In this document: one piece after another, positions 1-12,645 of the stretch
Numbering within the stretch: position 1 is the stretch's first letter
Layout: each line of letters opens with the position of its first letter
Assembly: GCA_043228905.1 (NCBI GenBank)
Contig: JBHGNT010000015.1
Span: 9,114,001 to 9,178,000, forward strand
Source of the DNA: Azolla caroliniana
Taxonomy: Eukaryota; Plantae; Polypodiophyta
DNA: 64,000 nt
Direction: 5' to 3'
Program-made: the position numbers and the translations under genes
Notes under the pieces: model-generated
What the model was told of the DNA's origin: nothing
The model's database searches: none
The model's input: the letters and a program-made list of their open reading frames with translations, nothing else

Positions 1-5
1 CAAGT

Positions 6-1031
6 ATGTATGTCAAAATGAAGGACGGGAAACAAGTCATCATTATCATTTACGTGGATGATCTAGTACTTACTGGTGACCATGAAGAGTGCATTGGCCA
101 AACACAAGAGTGTTTGAAAACTGAGTTTGAAATGACAGACTTGGGGATTCTACACTACTTCCTTGGAATTGAGGTTTGGCAAACCTCGGTCGGCATCTTC
201 ATGTCACAAAGAAAGTATGCAACAGAGATCTTGAAGACCTTCGGGATGATGGACAGCAAGTCGAAGTCGACTCCAATGGAGTCAAACTGCAAGCTATCCC
301 AAGAAGACTCATCACCAATGGTTGACATAAGGAAGTATAGACAACTAGTAGGAAGTCTAATTTTCCTATGCAACACTAGGCCGGATATTTGTTTTGCAGT
401 CAATGTGGTGAGTCGATTCAGCAACAAGCCGAAGGAGACTCATTGGAAAGCTGCTCTACGTGTATTAAAGTACATTGTGGGTACTTTAAATTATGGAATC
501 TTCTACAAGCCAACAATTGACCAACTTAGTGGATATTGCGACTCCGATTGGGCTGGAGATAGTGATTCCAGAAAATCAGTTTCTGGATATTGTTTTTCAA
601 TAGGATCTGGAGCTGTTTCATGGAGTAGTAAAAAACAACCAACAGTGGCACTATCTTCAACGGAGGCAGAATACAAAGCAGCATGCATAGCGGCATGCGA
701 GGTAGTTTGGCTAAGAAGAATCCTTATGGATGTGGCAGTCCCAATAAGGACGGCAACGGTATTGAGGTGTGACAATCAGAGTTGCATGGCCATTGCCAAG
801 AACCCCGTATTTCATGCACGTACTAAACACATAGAGATTCAGTATCACTATGTGCGGGAGCTAATAAATGATGAGATTGTGGAGCTTGAGTACTGTCCAA
901 CATCAGAAAATGCTGCAGATATCTTCACAAAGGCGCTTGGAGCAGAACAGTTGCAACAACACCTTCGACGACTAGGTGTTGGCCCAATTCCAAGTGAACT
1001 CAATGGGTTGATCATTGAGGGGGCGTGTTAG
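6..1031 (+). mobile_element. Ty1/copia pol C-terminus (RT end plus RNase H), truncated by the window start
   Basis: ORF motifs YVDD, GYCDSDWAGD, SSTEAEY, CDNQS, HARTKHIE, ADIFTKAL. The PPT ttgagggggcg lies just before the LTR. Confidence 0.95.
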
Positions 1032-1658
1032 ATATAATCAATGATCAGCCCCAAGTTGTAAATCTATCCCCATATGTGCTCTTAGAGTGCACATTTTGTG
1101 ATAGCGCCCCAAATGAGGAGCGGCTAGTGTGCAACTCGACCATATGGGTCGATAAGGTGTTAATCTAGGAAACCGTAGATACGTAGGACACAATATATTT
1201 AGGAAAGAGAGAAATAGATAAAAGGATTGGCTAATCAAGTCAGCTAGAATATTTTGTGGGCAAGTTACGATGTACTTAGTCTTGAAGTATGCGTCATTGA
1301 CTTCAAGATAAGTATTATCTAGCACTAGCCTGTACCTAGGGAGTTGGGTCATATTAAATGACAAGTCAGTTGACAGAAAAGGAATATCTCCACTACTGTC
1401 AACTGACTTGCACATTTATACTAAGACCAAACATAGATTATAAGTCACTTTTCTCACACAGTGGTCAGATGGATCATCAGTCCCCACTAATTTTGTAGTG
1501 AGCCGGTCCATATCCTATCTAAGCTCTAAGGTGTGAGCGCATGGGAAAACTACCATTTTGAACTACTCTCATATGTAATAGAAATTCTGTTTTCATATAT
1601 CCATCTCTGCAGTTGTAACTCTATATACCTATCTACTCGATTCTCAATATTTCTAATA
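1026..1658 (+). repeat. 3' LTR of the copia element, inserted into the pol of a gypsy element
   Basis: Starts TGTTAGATAT right after the PPT and ends ATTTCTAATA (inverted terminal repeat, CA decayed to TA). Gypsy pol resumes at 1659. Confidence 0.75.
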
Positions 1659-4600
1659 GGAATGTACACCGTTGTATGCAGAGTGCGTCAACATGCTAGA
1701 AGGATTAGCTGACAAAGAAGAAGCTCAGTACTTGCAGGAAAACCCGAAGATCATACCCCTCTTCGAAATTGACATTGCCGAAGCAGTAGCACCATACATA
1801 CTGCAACCGGAAGAGGCTGAAGCAGAACCGGATAAAGACGCAATCCGGGAGTTACGGCAAGCGCAGGAAGCGTTGGAACGGGAAATGGTCATTTCACAGC
1901 GCGTAAAAGCGTCGCAACTGGAAGAGGTGAACCTAGGGACCACGGACGAAGCAAAACCGGTGCACATCGCTAAGGAGATGAAGTCCGAAGACAAAACGGC
2001 GATGATCAAACTTCTCACGGAATTTCGCGATGTGTTCGCCTGGTCATACGAAGACATGCGAGGACTCGACCCTCAGTTATACCAACATCTTGAGCAAGGA
2101 CGCAAAACCAGTGGCACAAAGACGGTACCGGATGAATCCCAATTATGCCGCCAAAGTCAAGGAGGAAATCGACAAACTGCTAAGAGTTGGCTTTATCCAT
2201 CCGGTAAAGAAAGCGACATGGCTGAGCCCAATCGTAGTCGTACCGAAGTAGAACGGAAAAATTCGAGTTAGTGTGGACTACCGGAAACTCAATGCGGCTA
2301 CGGTAACGGATGCGTTTCCATTTCCGTTCACAGATGGAGTGTTGGATGCCATCGCTGGCCATGAGGTCTATAGCTTCCTAGACGGATTCAGCGGGTATAA
2401 TCAGATTTGGATGCACCCCGACGACCAAGAGAAAACAGCTTTCGTCACCGAATGGGGGGTGTTTGTGGCCGTGGTGATGATGTTCGGACTCAAAACGGCA
2501 CCGGCAACATTTCAACGAATCATCATGGAAATCTTTGGTGAATATATCCCGGCTTTTATGCAGGTTTTCCTTGACGATTTCGCCGTCTATAGCTGGGAGG
2601 AGGACCATTTTCAGCACCTCTGTCTTTGTCTAGAAAACTGTAGAGCGTACCGGCTAAGGTTGAATCCGGCAAAGTGTGTATTTGGCGTGTCCAGTGGAAC
2701 CTTATTAGGACATATTGTGAGCCAAGAAGGTATTGCAGTCGACCCGGACAAAGTGAAAGCCATATTAGAAGCACCGGCGCCGGCAACGGCAAAGGCATTG
2801 AGCCGGTTCTTAGGCCAGATCCGGTGGCACAGCCGGATGCTCCGATACTTGGCCGACCTGGCTACACCATTACATGCCGCCGTACATCGGACACCATTCC
2901 AGTGGACCGACACCGAGGATAGGGCGTATAGGGCCCTCAAGGTACTATTGTCGCGAACGGAAGCGTACTGATGCAGCTTACGAAGCCAAAGTGGTACCGG
3001 CCAGTGTACTATGCCAGCCGAAAGCTATCCCAAGCAGAACGGAACTACTCTACCACGGAACGGGAAGCTCTAGGGATGATCTACAGTGTGACAAAGTTTC
3101 AGCATTATTTATTGGGAAGGAAGTTTTCCTTCCATGTAGATCATTCGGCACTCCTTTACCTAGTGTCCAAAGCGTCACTCACTGGTAAGTTGGCCCAATG
3201 GACCTTACTGTTACAGGAATTCGAGTTTGAAATATTCCACCGACCCGGTATACAGCATGCCGTGGCGGATTACTTAAGCCGATTAGAGTCCGGAGAGACC
3301 GGTGACGGAGTAGCGGATGAGTTTCTGGATGCGGAGCTATTTCGAGTCACTACGGAAACGACAGCAGATGAGACGGTGGCACAGGAAGACCAGTGGCTCA
3401 CAAACCAGTTTCTGAGCACAAGACTGCCTCCGGAAGAGATGAACCGAGACGAACGGAAACGCCTGGCGGTGCAAAGCCGACATTTCTGCTTACTGCAAGA
3501 CACACTTTACCACAAGGGCGCGGACGGCATATGGAGACGGGCTGTGCGCAGCGATGAAAAGGACCTGATACTGAGGGAAGCCCACTACGGAGTTGCCGGA
3601 GGTCACTATGCCGGAGATGCGACGGCCAGGAAAATATGGCAAAGTGGCCTATGGTGGAAGACGACATTAAGAGATGCGGTACGATATGCAAAAGAATGTG
3701 ACCTATGCCAGTGAATGGGCCAGCCAACGGAGCAGGCTCGTATGCCACACCAGCCGGTACTACCACTCGAGCCATTCCAGAAGTGGGGGCTGGACTTTGT
3801 TGGACTGGAAATGAGAACGGGTAATCGGTATGTCATTGTCGCGATGGATTACTGCACGAAATGGGTGGAGGCCAAAGCCTTAAGAGACAACACCATTGCG
3901 TCAATGGCGAAATTTCTATACGAGTACATCTGGTGCCGTTAAGGATGCCCAATCGAATTAATAAGCGACCAAGGGGGGCACTTTCTCGGCCAAGTAGTTG
4001 AAAGCCTGACAACATTCTATGTCGTTGTCCATAAACGGAGCACACCATACTATCCGCAAGCAAACGGGTTAGCGGAATCGACGAACAAAACGCTCCAGAA
4101 TATCCTCCGGAAGATCGTCAACGAAAACCGAACGGATTGGGATACCAAGCTACATAGCACGCTTTGGGCATACCGGACGGCATATAAAACGAGCATCCGA
4201 ACAACACCGTTCCGGTTAGCGTTCGGACTAGAGGCGGTAATGCCGGTGGAATTCCAAGTACCCAGCTTACGGATCCAGCTACGGGAACGGATGAACGAGA
4301 AGGAGTCAGAGGCAATACGGTTAATAACGTTGTGTGAACTCGAGGAACAACGACTGGCAAGCATCCTGCACTTAGAATTGGAACAACGGCGACGGAAAGC
4401 ATTTGTCGACCGGCACAAGAAAGGAAACGAAAAAATGTTCGCAATCGGCAAACCGGTGTTAGTATTTCAGACCCGGATGGGCAAGATGCCGGGTAAACTA
4501 CGGTTTAGATGGACCGGCCCGTATTGGCTGACAAGTGAGTATAATGGGTCCTACCAGTTAGGGACACTTGCTGGCGAAGTGCTAGGCAAATGGGTCAACG

Positions 4601-4782
4601 GATTCCGATTGAAGCCATATAGAGGACCGATGCCTAAGAACCCATTTGAGCAAAGGACCGACACCGGTGAGGAAACGACAACGTATGAGGGAAACGGCAA
4701 CCACCAAGACAACAGAGACGGCGAGCCGGTAACTGGGGAGAATGAGGCCGGTAAGGGTCCGATAGGACCAACGGACAGGTAA
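1659..4782 (+). mobile_element. Decayed non-chromovirus Ty3/gypsy pol (RT, RNase H, integrase) with frameshifts and stops
   Basis: ORFs 1672-2271, 2030-2251, 2273-2971 (LDGFSGYNQI, VFLDD), 2971-3714 (YASRKL, HVDHSAL, VADYLSR, HxxxxxxH/CxxC), 3715-3942 and 4240-4782 (WTGPY). Homologous to 53454-54010. Confidence 0.92.
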
Positions 4783-5120
4783 CGTCACATTAACAGTAAA
4801 AATAAAAAATAAAATAAAAAAACGAAGTAATTATGCAAAAGCGAGGAATGAATGGATGAAAGAGCGAGGAGCGAAAAGGTACGTACTGGGCATTTAAAGC
4901 GCCACCACAGGACGTGCACACACTCGAAAAAGGCGCCAGAATGCACAGAGAAAAACCACTGCGCGTGGAAACCCTCTACTTTCGCGAACCCAGGAGCACA
5001 GAAGCACCAAGGCGCTGCAAGATCATCAGACGAGAACCCCCGCCTTCTGAACTCTCTCTCTCTCACTGTCACTCTCATCACCAGCCAACCTCGCTACCAC
5101 AAGCCGACCTCGACACAGAC

Positions 5121-5916
5121 ATGGACCCGCAAACGTTGTCGGAAGCCGCCAAGACATGGCTAAAGCAACACGAGCTCGAGGGCTTCTTGATGATTATGGA
5201 GGTACCGCCACACAAAGAAGCCGACAAGGTGATCAAAGAAATCGACACAGAGGTCATAACGGCGGAGGCGATTTGAGCGTTAACAGGCCTTCCAGAGGGA
5301 GGCATACTCACGATTGACAATCCGACCTCGGAGCAACTCATCAGGTATTTTGGTGAGTACTCCCTAGCCAGCAAGGGCTACCGGACACAGGGCGGCAGAG
5401 ATATGTTGTTCCGCGAGATTGCTCGTGTGCTCCACGAATACGGCCATGTGTACCCTAGACCCCCTGTCATGCCGCAGAACCGGGCAGGGATGATCATCAC
5501 CACCTATGAAGGGATCAAGGTGGATTGGCCGGTATTGATCGCAGACGGTTTGTGTGCAGCGATCGAGGTCGTCAGAGGCAAAGACGGCAAAGAAGGCCGA
5601 GACAGACGGAGGATATGGCACGCCGTAACACAGTGGCTCACCTTGCTTGTGCCACCCGTCCAGCCCAAGAAGCGGGGAAGAGTGGTGGACGGCACCCCAA
5701 ACACAACTTCCAAAAGACAACAAATGTTGGCCTCTAAGGCCACTAAGGGGAAGGCGGCGGACGCAGAACAGGCGGGAAAGGAGAGCGGCAGTCGGAAGTG
5801 GCCAACGGATGCGCAAGAGGAACCACCGGCACGGCCCGTAAAGGTTACACTCCATCGACCGGTGAATAGAGAAGCGGACCCCTTGGCGGCAAAACTCAAT
5901 GTCGGGACCCCCTCTC
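5121..5916 (+). pseudogene. Extra 3' ORF of the gypsy element downstream of integrase, function unknown, one in-frame TGA
   Basis: ATG at 5121 is in frame with ORF 5403-6017 across the TGA at 5274-5276. The product is homologous to 14139-14530 (YFGEYS, FRE, VDW motifs). Confidence 0.65.
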
Positions 5917-7112
5917 AGCAAAAAAGCAATCGACTGTGGTATTGGCGAGCACCGAGGTTGAGTACCATGGAGCGGTTGTTGCGACGTGCGAAGCCATATG
6001 CCTTGAAAGGCTATTGAAGGATCTGCATGTTGAGGTGTCTGATCCGACGACAGTCTACTATGATAACCTCAAGCAAAAAAGCAGCCGACTGTGGTATTGG
6101 CGAGCGCCGAGGTTGAGTACCATGGAGCGGTTGTTGCGACGTGCGAAGCCATATGCCTTGAAAGGCTATTGAAGGATCTGCATGTTGAGGTGTCTGATCC
6201 GACGACAGTCTACTATGATAACCTCAACAACATCTAGTTAGAGAAGAACCCCATCTTCGATGCCCAGACCAAGCACATTGAGGTGCATTATCATATTGTC
6301 TGCGAGTGAGTCCTTTCTGGTGAAGTTGAACTAGTATATGTTCCAACGGATCTACAGGCTGCAGATATCTTCACGAAATCCCTTGGCCTGAACAAGTTGT
6401 GGTAATTCCCGAGTACCTTGACGTGCCGAACTTCAGGGGTAGAGATAGCAAAAGGAGTGGAAGAGATTGGAAAACCGAATCGATGAAGAGTTCGATTTCA
6501 GCTTGGCTAAAGAAGTCGATGACAGATACGGGGGGAGCAACCAAAGGAACGAGCCCAAGGTGGAGACAACTGAACAAGGGGGAGTTAAAACCAGGAAGGG
6601 CAAAGAGGCCAGGATCAAGACATGGTCGGATGTGGTCAAGTGCCTGAAGACAGATGAAGAATTGGTGACAGCCAATTTGGTCGAATGGTTCGTTTGGGAC
6701 AAGCCGAATCATATGAAGCCTGAGTGGACGAAGGGCAACTGAAGCTGACACCAAAATGAAGGAATCGTTGGGTCAATGACCACCGAACTCGCGACAACAA
6801 GGGAGATAAGAGAGGCCTTACAAGTCGACAAGCTGAGCAACAAAAAAGCAACTGACTATGGCATTGGCAAGGAACAAGGCTGAGTACCGAGGAACGGCTG
6901 TCACGACGTGCGAAGCCATATGGCTCAGAAGGTTGTTGAAGGATCTGCATGTTGAGGTGTTTGATCTGACGACAATCTACTATGATAACCTTAGCAACAT
7001 CTAGTTAGAGAAGAACCCCGTCTTCCATGCCCTGACCAAGCACATTGAGGTGCACTATCATATTGTTTGCGAGTGAGTCCTTTCCGGTGATGTTGAACTA
7101 GTATATGTTCCA
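5917..7112 (+). repeat. Three copies of a copia RNase H fragment (155-bp tandem duplication plus one diverged copy)
   Basis: agcaaaaaagca...gataacctca at 5917-6071 and 6072-6226, third copy at about 6836-7112. Translates to KKQSTVVLASTEVEYHG...DNL. Confidence 0.85.
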
Positions 7113-7589
7113 AAAGGCCATTGGAAACATATTCCTCGAAGGAATATATTTGGGAGTTAGTGTAGGAGCTCCAAGTTATGGACATTCAATTACTAATTGT
7201 ACTTGTGCTAGTCCTTTTAAGGACTTCTGTAAAAGCGCTCTTTGAGCACATTCGATGTACAGAACAAACTATTATTTTGAATCTAAGTTTTGTTGTCTGG
7301 CTCTCTCTCTCATGTATTGTTCTCAAGCTTTCCATTAAACCTACCTTTCTATTTTTTGTTGTTATCCAACTGAGCCGATTGTGGTTTGCAGTTAATAGAG
7401 CTGAAGTGTTATGGACCAGTCTATTATACGATTCGCAAGCACTCGACCACCGAGCGCAACTATTCGACGACCGAACAAGAGGAGGCACTAGGTATGATCT
7501 AGATAACATAAACAAGTTTCGATTCCATCTAAGAGCACTCAATCCATATTATTAGATTTCGATCCCTGTGATTCGTGAGGAAGACCAAC

Positions 7590-8152
7590 TGTGAAATACA
7601 CAATACCAAAAAAATAGAAAAAACCAAACGGACAAGATGCACACAGTTTTATGTGGAAACCCTAAACAGGGAAAAAACACGGGAACATAGATTTCACTAT
7701 ACAACAGAGAATACTAGATGAGATCAGAATACAACAATCTCATTATAGAGTGTATCACCCAAGCAAGGCTCTTGGCGTCTAACCTCACTTGGTTATGGAG
7801 GCACTCTCTCTCTCTCTCTACTACACTATTCTATTCTTTCTAATCTACACTCTACCACACACCCTAAAGCTTTGCCCTAAGTATATTTATATTTATAAAA
7901 ATTATGGGCTATTTACAATTGTATTCCCTACTACTCTCCTTCTATTATTATACTAATAATAAGAACAGTTGATCAGCCAACTGATTGACTAGTCGATTTC
8001 ACCAGCTGACTCTAGTGTCGACTATCCAGTCAGCTCGACTAGTTGGTCTTGTCTTCAATTTGGATCATCTGCAGTCGACTCTTCATGACATCGACTGTCG
8101 GCTCTCGTTCTGACTAGTCCGCTCCTCCCATATGAGGGACATATTCCTAAGA
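7590..8152 (-). repeat. 3' LTR of a copia element (family with gggtttccac and ...gaatatgtccctc ends)
   Basis: Homologous to the LTRs at 14622-22191 and 62233-62826. Adjacent PPT on the minus strand (aactcccccttca from 8153). Left boundary is approximate. Confidence 0.7.
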
Positions 8153-10612
8153 AACTCCCCCTTCAATCCTATGGGTGGGGGTGGAGTCGATTAGTCATGT
8201 CCGCTGTCAACAAACTCTAAGTCTGTCCATCACTATGTTCTTTGTCAACATGTCGGATCCATTGTCGTCAGTATGGATCTTTACAAGGTTAAACTCTCCT
8301 TCCTCGACTTTCTCCTGCAATCAATGATATCTCCTCTATATATGTTTGGATCGCGAGTTGTACGCAAAATTGTTTGCTAGATGTATGGTACTCTGGCTGT
8401 CGCAATGAAGCAAGAACTCCCTTTGCTTCATTACCAACTCTGTGAGAAAATTCCTCATCCAAATCAACTCTTTTTCGGCCTCTACCATTGCCATATAGTC
8501 AGCCTTTGTGGTTGACAAGGCCATACACTTTAGCAGTCATGACTGCCACAACACTGCTCCCCCTGCATATGTCATCATGTACCCTAAAGTGGATTGACTT
8601 GAGTCTATATCCCCCGACATGTCCGACTCAGTAATGTTGGTCGAATGTCGGAGTATGAAAGACCAGTGGGGGACGAGTTGGAAGTGGAAAGGATTAGTAT
8701 TAATTATCTAGAATTAACATAGGAAACGGACGGATTCGGAAGAGTTGTAACGATCCGGATCCGGACTGATCTGTAGCCGGTTACCGATATGGCACCGTTT
8801 TGTAATCAGAACCAGATGCCTATAAAAGGATCCGAAGAACGATGTATTAAATGTGAGTGAATGAATATGAGTAGAATGGTATTTGAGAGTATTGTATTCC
8901 TTCCATTCTATGCATATGGTTCTATCTTAAAAAATGGTGCCATACAAGCAATCGGCTACGGATTGGTCCGGATCCGAATCATTGCAACTCTTCGGATCCG
9001 TTCATTCCTATTTTAATTCTACCTAATTAATAGTAATCCTTTCCGCTTCCGAGTTGTCGATCACTATGCGATTCCGACTCAAAGTTGGAAAAGGCTTCCG
9101 ATTCTCTAACTCTTGTGGTGAGAGTGTGTAGTATCGATTCGGCCTGCCGTAAGTTGCTCAAGCAGTAACCTTCATCACTATATTGTTGGTTCTGCAACTG
9201 GAGTGACTCCTCTGCGACCCATTGAATCGTTCTAGGAAAGGACCGGTCCTCCCGGATCTCCTCGGCCGCCTACTGGTAGGCCTCACGCCTCTCTAGTCTC
9301 TCAACTAGTCTTCTTGTTTGTTCGGTGACTGGGTCATTTGTCGGTCTAGACATCCATGCTCCAATGTTCATTGTGCTCTACAGGAATCGTGGTCGCCAAA
9401 ACTGTGTTAATCTTGGGCCGGACTAGCCACTAACACAGGGTGTCCTTTCGGATCACTTCACCAAAGGGTGGTTACAGGGTTTATGCTTCGGCAAAAATTA
9501 TAATTATATCCGACTATTTCCGGTTTGGTTCCGGATTAACAACATACACAGATTGATGTCGTATGTAAGATAGAACCATATGCATAGAACGGAAGGTAAA
9601 CAATACTCTCAAAGACAATTCTACTCATATTCATTCCCTCACACTTAATACATCGTTCTTCGGATCCTTTTATAAGCATCCGGTTCTAATTCCAAAACGG
9701 TGCCATATCGGCAACTGGCTACAGATCAGTCCGGATCCGGATCGTTGCAACTCTTCCGGATCTGTCCATTCCTATGTTAATTCTAGCTAATTAATACTAA
9801 TACTTGCCGCTTCGGACTCGTCCCCCACTTGTCTTTCCTACTCCGGCCTCCGGCCAACAAGTAAACCCTTCGAGCATGGGTTTTCCGACACCATACGTTA
9901 GGCATGCTCCCGAGGTGCCTTTCAAGTACCTAAGTATCCATTTAACAGTTGCCCAATGTTCTTGTCCTGGATTACTCATGTATCGGCTTACTGCTCCCAC
10001 AACAAATGCTATGTCTGGACTCGTATAGACCATGATAGCATACATTAGACTGTTGACGGACGAGACATACAGTACATTCCTAATCTCATCCTTTTCTTTC
10101 TCCCCTCTCGGTCATTACTTAGCATTAAGCTTGTAGTTGGTTGGCAACACAGAGCTGACTGGCTTTGCTTCCGACATGTTGAATCTCTCTAGGATCTTTG
10201 TCACATACTTCTCTTGTGATAGCCACAACACTCTCTTAGTTCTATCTTGAACTATGTGCATCCCCGAGATCTACTTAGCTGGTCCAAGATCTTTCATGGG
10301 AAACAACTTGTCAATGCTTTCTTTAAGCTCACAATCTTCTTCGTGTCTTTTCCTTCCCCCCTCTCAGGCATTGCTTAGCATTCAGCTTGTAGTTGGTCGG
10401 CAACACAGAGCTGATTGACTTTGCTTCCAACGTGTTGAATCTCTCAAATGTCTTTGTGACATACTTCTCTTGTGACAACCATAGCACTTTCTTAGTTCTG
10501 TCATAAAGTATGTGCATCCCCAAAATTTGTTTGGTCGGTCCAAGATCTTTCATGGCAAATGATTTGCCTAGTGATTTCTTCAAGCTCATGATCTTCTTCG
10601 TGTCTTGTCCGA
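8153..10612 (-). mobile_element. Decayed copia RT/RNase H, interrupted by the 8635-9859 insertion
   Basis: ORF fragments MALSTTKADY...CDSQS...RSKHI, PDIAFVVGAVSRYMSNPG, and FAMKDLGP. Diverged tandem duplication of about 257 bp at about 10093-10608. Confidence 0.9.
8635..9859. mobile_element. Gypsy-LTR-derived insertion with inverted LTR termini and a 5-bp TSD (AGTAA)
   Basis: AGTAA at 8630-8634 and 9860-9864, ends TGTTGG...CCAACA. 8635-8929 is the reverse complement of about 9566-9859. Full minus-strand LTR at 9405-9859 followed by PBS TGGCGACCACGA (9387-9398). Confidence 0.85.
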
Positions 10613-10614
10613 CT

Positions 10615-10918
10615 TGTCGAATACGAGTGTATAATGGCCGTATTCACATTGTCCCTTTGGACAGCCCAAGTTCAGGCTATTTCTGTAAATAGCATAAAGG
10701 GAAATTGCCCTAGGATAGTCACTATATAAAGTGACTTTGTAACCTTTAGTAAAGTTTGGTTGTTATTTGTAACTGTTGCTATTGAATATAACGATTAGTC
10801 TGTGCCTCTCTCTCTCTCTCTCTCTCTCCCTCTGTGTCTATCTTGCTCATGCATACACAGGTTCTTCTTCATCATGAATGTTGCTTGCACTTCCGCATTG
10901 ACGGCCTTGTCAACAACA
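10615..10918 (+). repeat. 5' LTR of a copia element, followed by tRNA-iMet PBS TGGTATCAGAGC (10921-10932)
   Basis: TG...CA ends, TATA box at about 10723, (CT)n tract, canonical Met PBS. Confidence 0.85.
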
Positions 10919-11583
10919 TTTGGTATCAGAGCATTGGAGGTTCTTCAACCCGCTGTCGGCCGTCATTGCACAACACAACATTCTGTTTTCGTTTTCTTTG
11001 AAGAATAGAGAAGGGAGAAGAAAAAGACAAGAGCTCGCATCTCACTGTGTTAAATCACAAATTAGAGTAAGCCAGTCGGTTGTTCTCTGTTCCTGTGATT
11101 GTAACCGCTTGAGGGGAGCTCCTTGAGCAACAACTGACCCAAGAGTGCTTCATTCGGTTAAACAACATCCGAATAGGTCATCGGATGCTATTCACCCGCT
11201 GCAGATTGATCTCCCGGCAACAACCACTTCGTGCTTCACTCGGTTGATCGACATTCGGGAGGATCAGTTGGATCCGTCCCTCTCATCGCTGCAGTCATCC
11301 AAAGCAAAATCGGCCCAAACAATCGGTTTCGCGTAATCGGTATTCGGCATACAATCGGAAGCTAATCGGGCTCACTGTGACTCGGTAACATTCGGGAAGA
11401 CCAACCGGTTCTATCCCTCAAGTTACCGGAGTCACTCCGAGCAAGTTCAGCAAAAAGTATCCGAAACCAAACCGACTCGGGTTCAAAAACGACTAGAACG
11501 ATATCGGGTGAGCCGACCAGTTGCACCCTGCTAAGGTTCGTAGTCAACTCCGAACCGAGTCTTACCAACCGAAACCGAAGCAG

Positions 11584-12645
11584 ATGGCGTCAACATCCAG
11601 CTCATCGGAGATGAGTCTAAGGAGGTTCGATGGTCCGAACTTCAACTTCTGGAAGGAACAAATGCAGGACTATCTCATAGTCAAGGGTTAGATACACCCG
11701 ATCGAGAATGAAAATCCTCCAGAAGCATAAAAGGCAAACGAGTGGCTAAAACTGGACAGAATCGTCCGAGCCACAATTCAGATGCACTTGTCGGAGTCAG
11801 TGTACTTCACAATGCAATCATGCACCGACTCGAACTGAGTCGGAAACTCGCAGCACTATGCTATAATCGGAATCGGCATCGTAGAGCTCAATCTTCCGGG
11901 AGGCTCTACACTCGTACTACACAACGTCTGACACGTTCTTGAGCTCTCAAGACCCCTGATCTCAGTCGGACAACTTCACGAAGCCAGCATCCGTGCCGGA
12001 TTCTCATCACGAGGGTGGACACTCCACAAAGGGAACCTCCTGCTTGCTCGAGGACCAAAGGTACATTCCTTGTATCCTTTATTTATATATCACACTCAAA
12101 GAGGGTGACTTATTTTTGGTTGATATCCCCGTGTCCTTGTTATGTCACAGATGACTTGGACACCTCAGCAATGCCGGCATAACGCACCTATCCAGAGCCG
12201 GTTCCATCCCCAAACTCTCCTTCTCGGATCACCAATTCTGCGAGCATTGCCAATACTGTAAACAGGTAGCCGCATCACACCCGACATCAGCACCAAGAGA
12301 ATCGAGCGGACGTCTGTGGCTCGATGCCACATCAGTCTCTCGGCGGTGCTTCGTACTTTGTCAATTTTATTAACGACTCGACTCGGAAGGTGTGGGCTTA
12401 CCCCATCAGAACCAAAGATCGAGTGTTCTCGATCTTCTCCGAATGGCTTGCAATGGTCGAAAATCAGACCGGTCGGAAACTGAAATGTCTCCGAACCGAC
12501 AATGGAGGAGAATTCAAGTCTGAAGAATTCGTCAACTTCTACCGGGAACGCGGCATTCGACGTGAATATACGGCACCCTATAGTCCGGAGCAGAACAGAA
12601 TTGTTGAACGCATGAATCAGATGATTCAAGAACGCGTTGTCGTAG
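11584..12645 (+). mobile_element. Internally deleted copia gag and integrase fragments
   Basis: From 11584 reads MASTSSSSEMSLRRFDGPNFNFWKEQMQDYL. ORF 12324-12650 has LRTDNGGEF and PEQNRIVERMN (rve). Confidence 0.85.
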
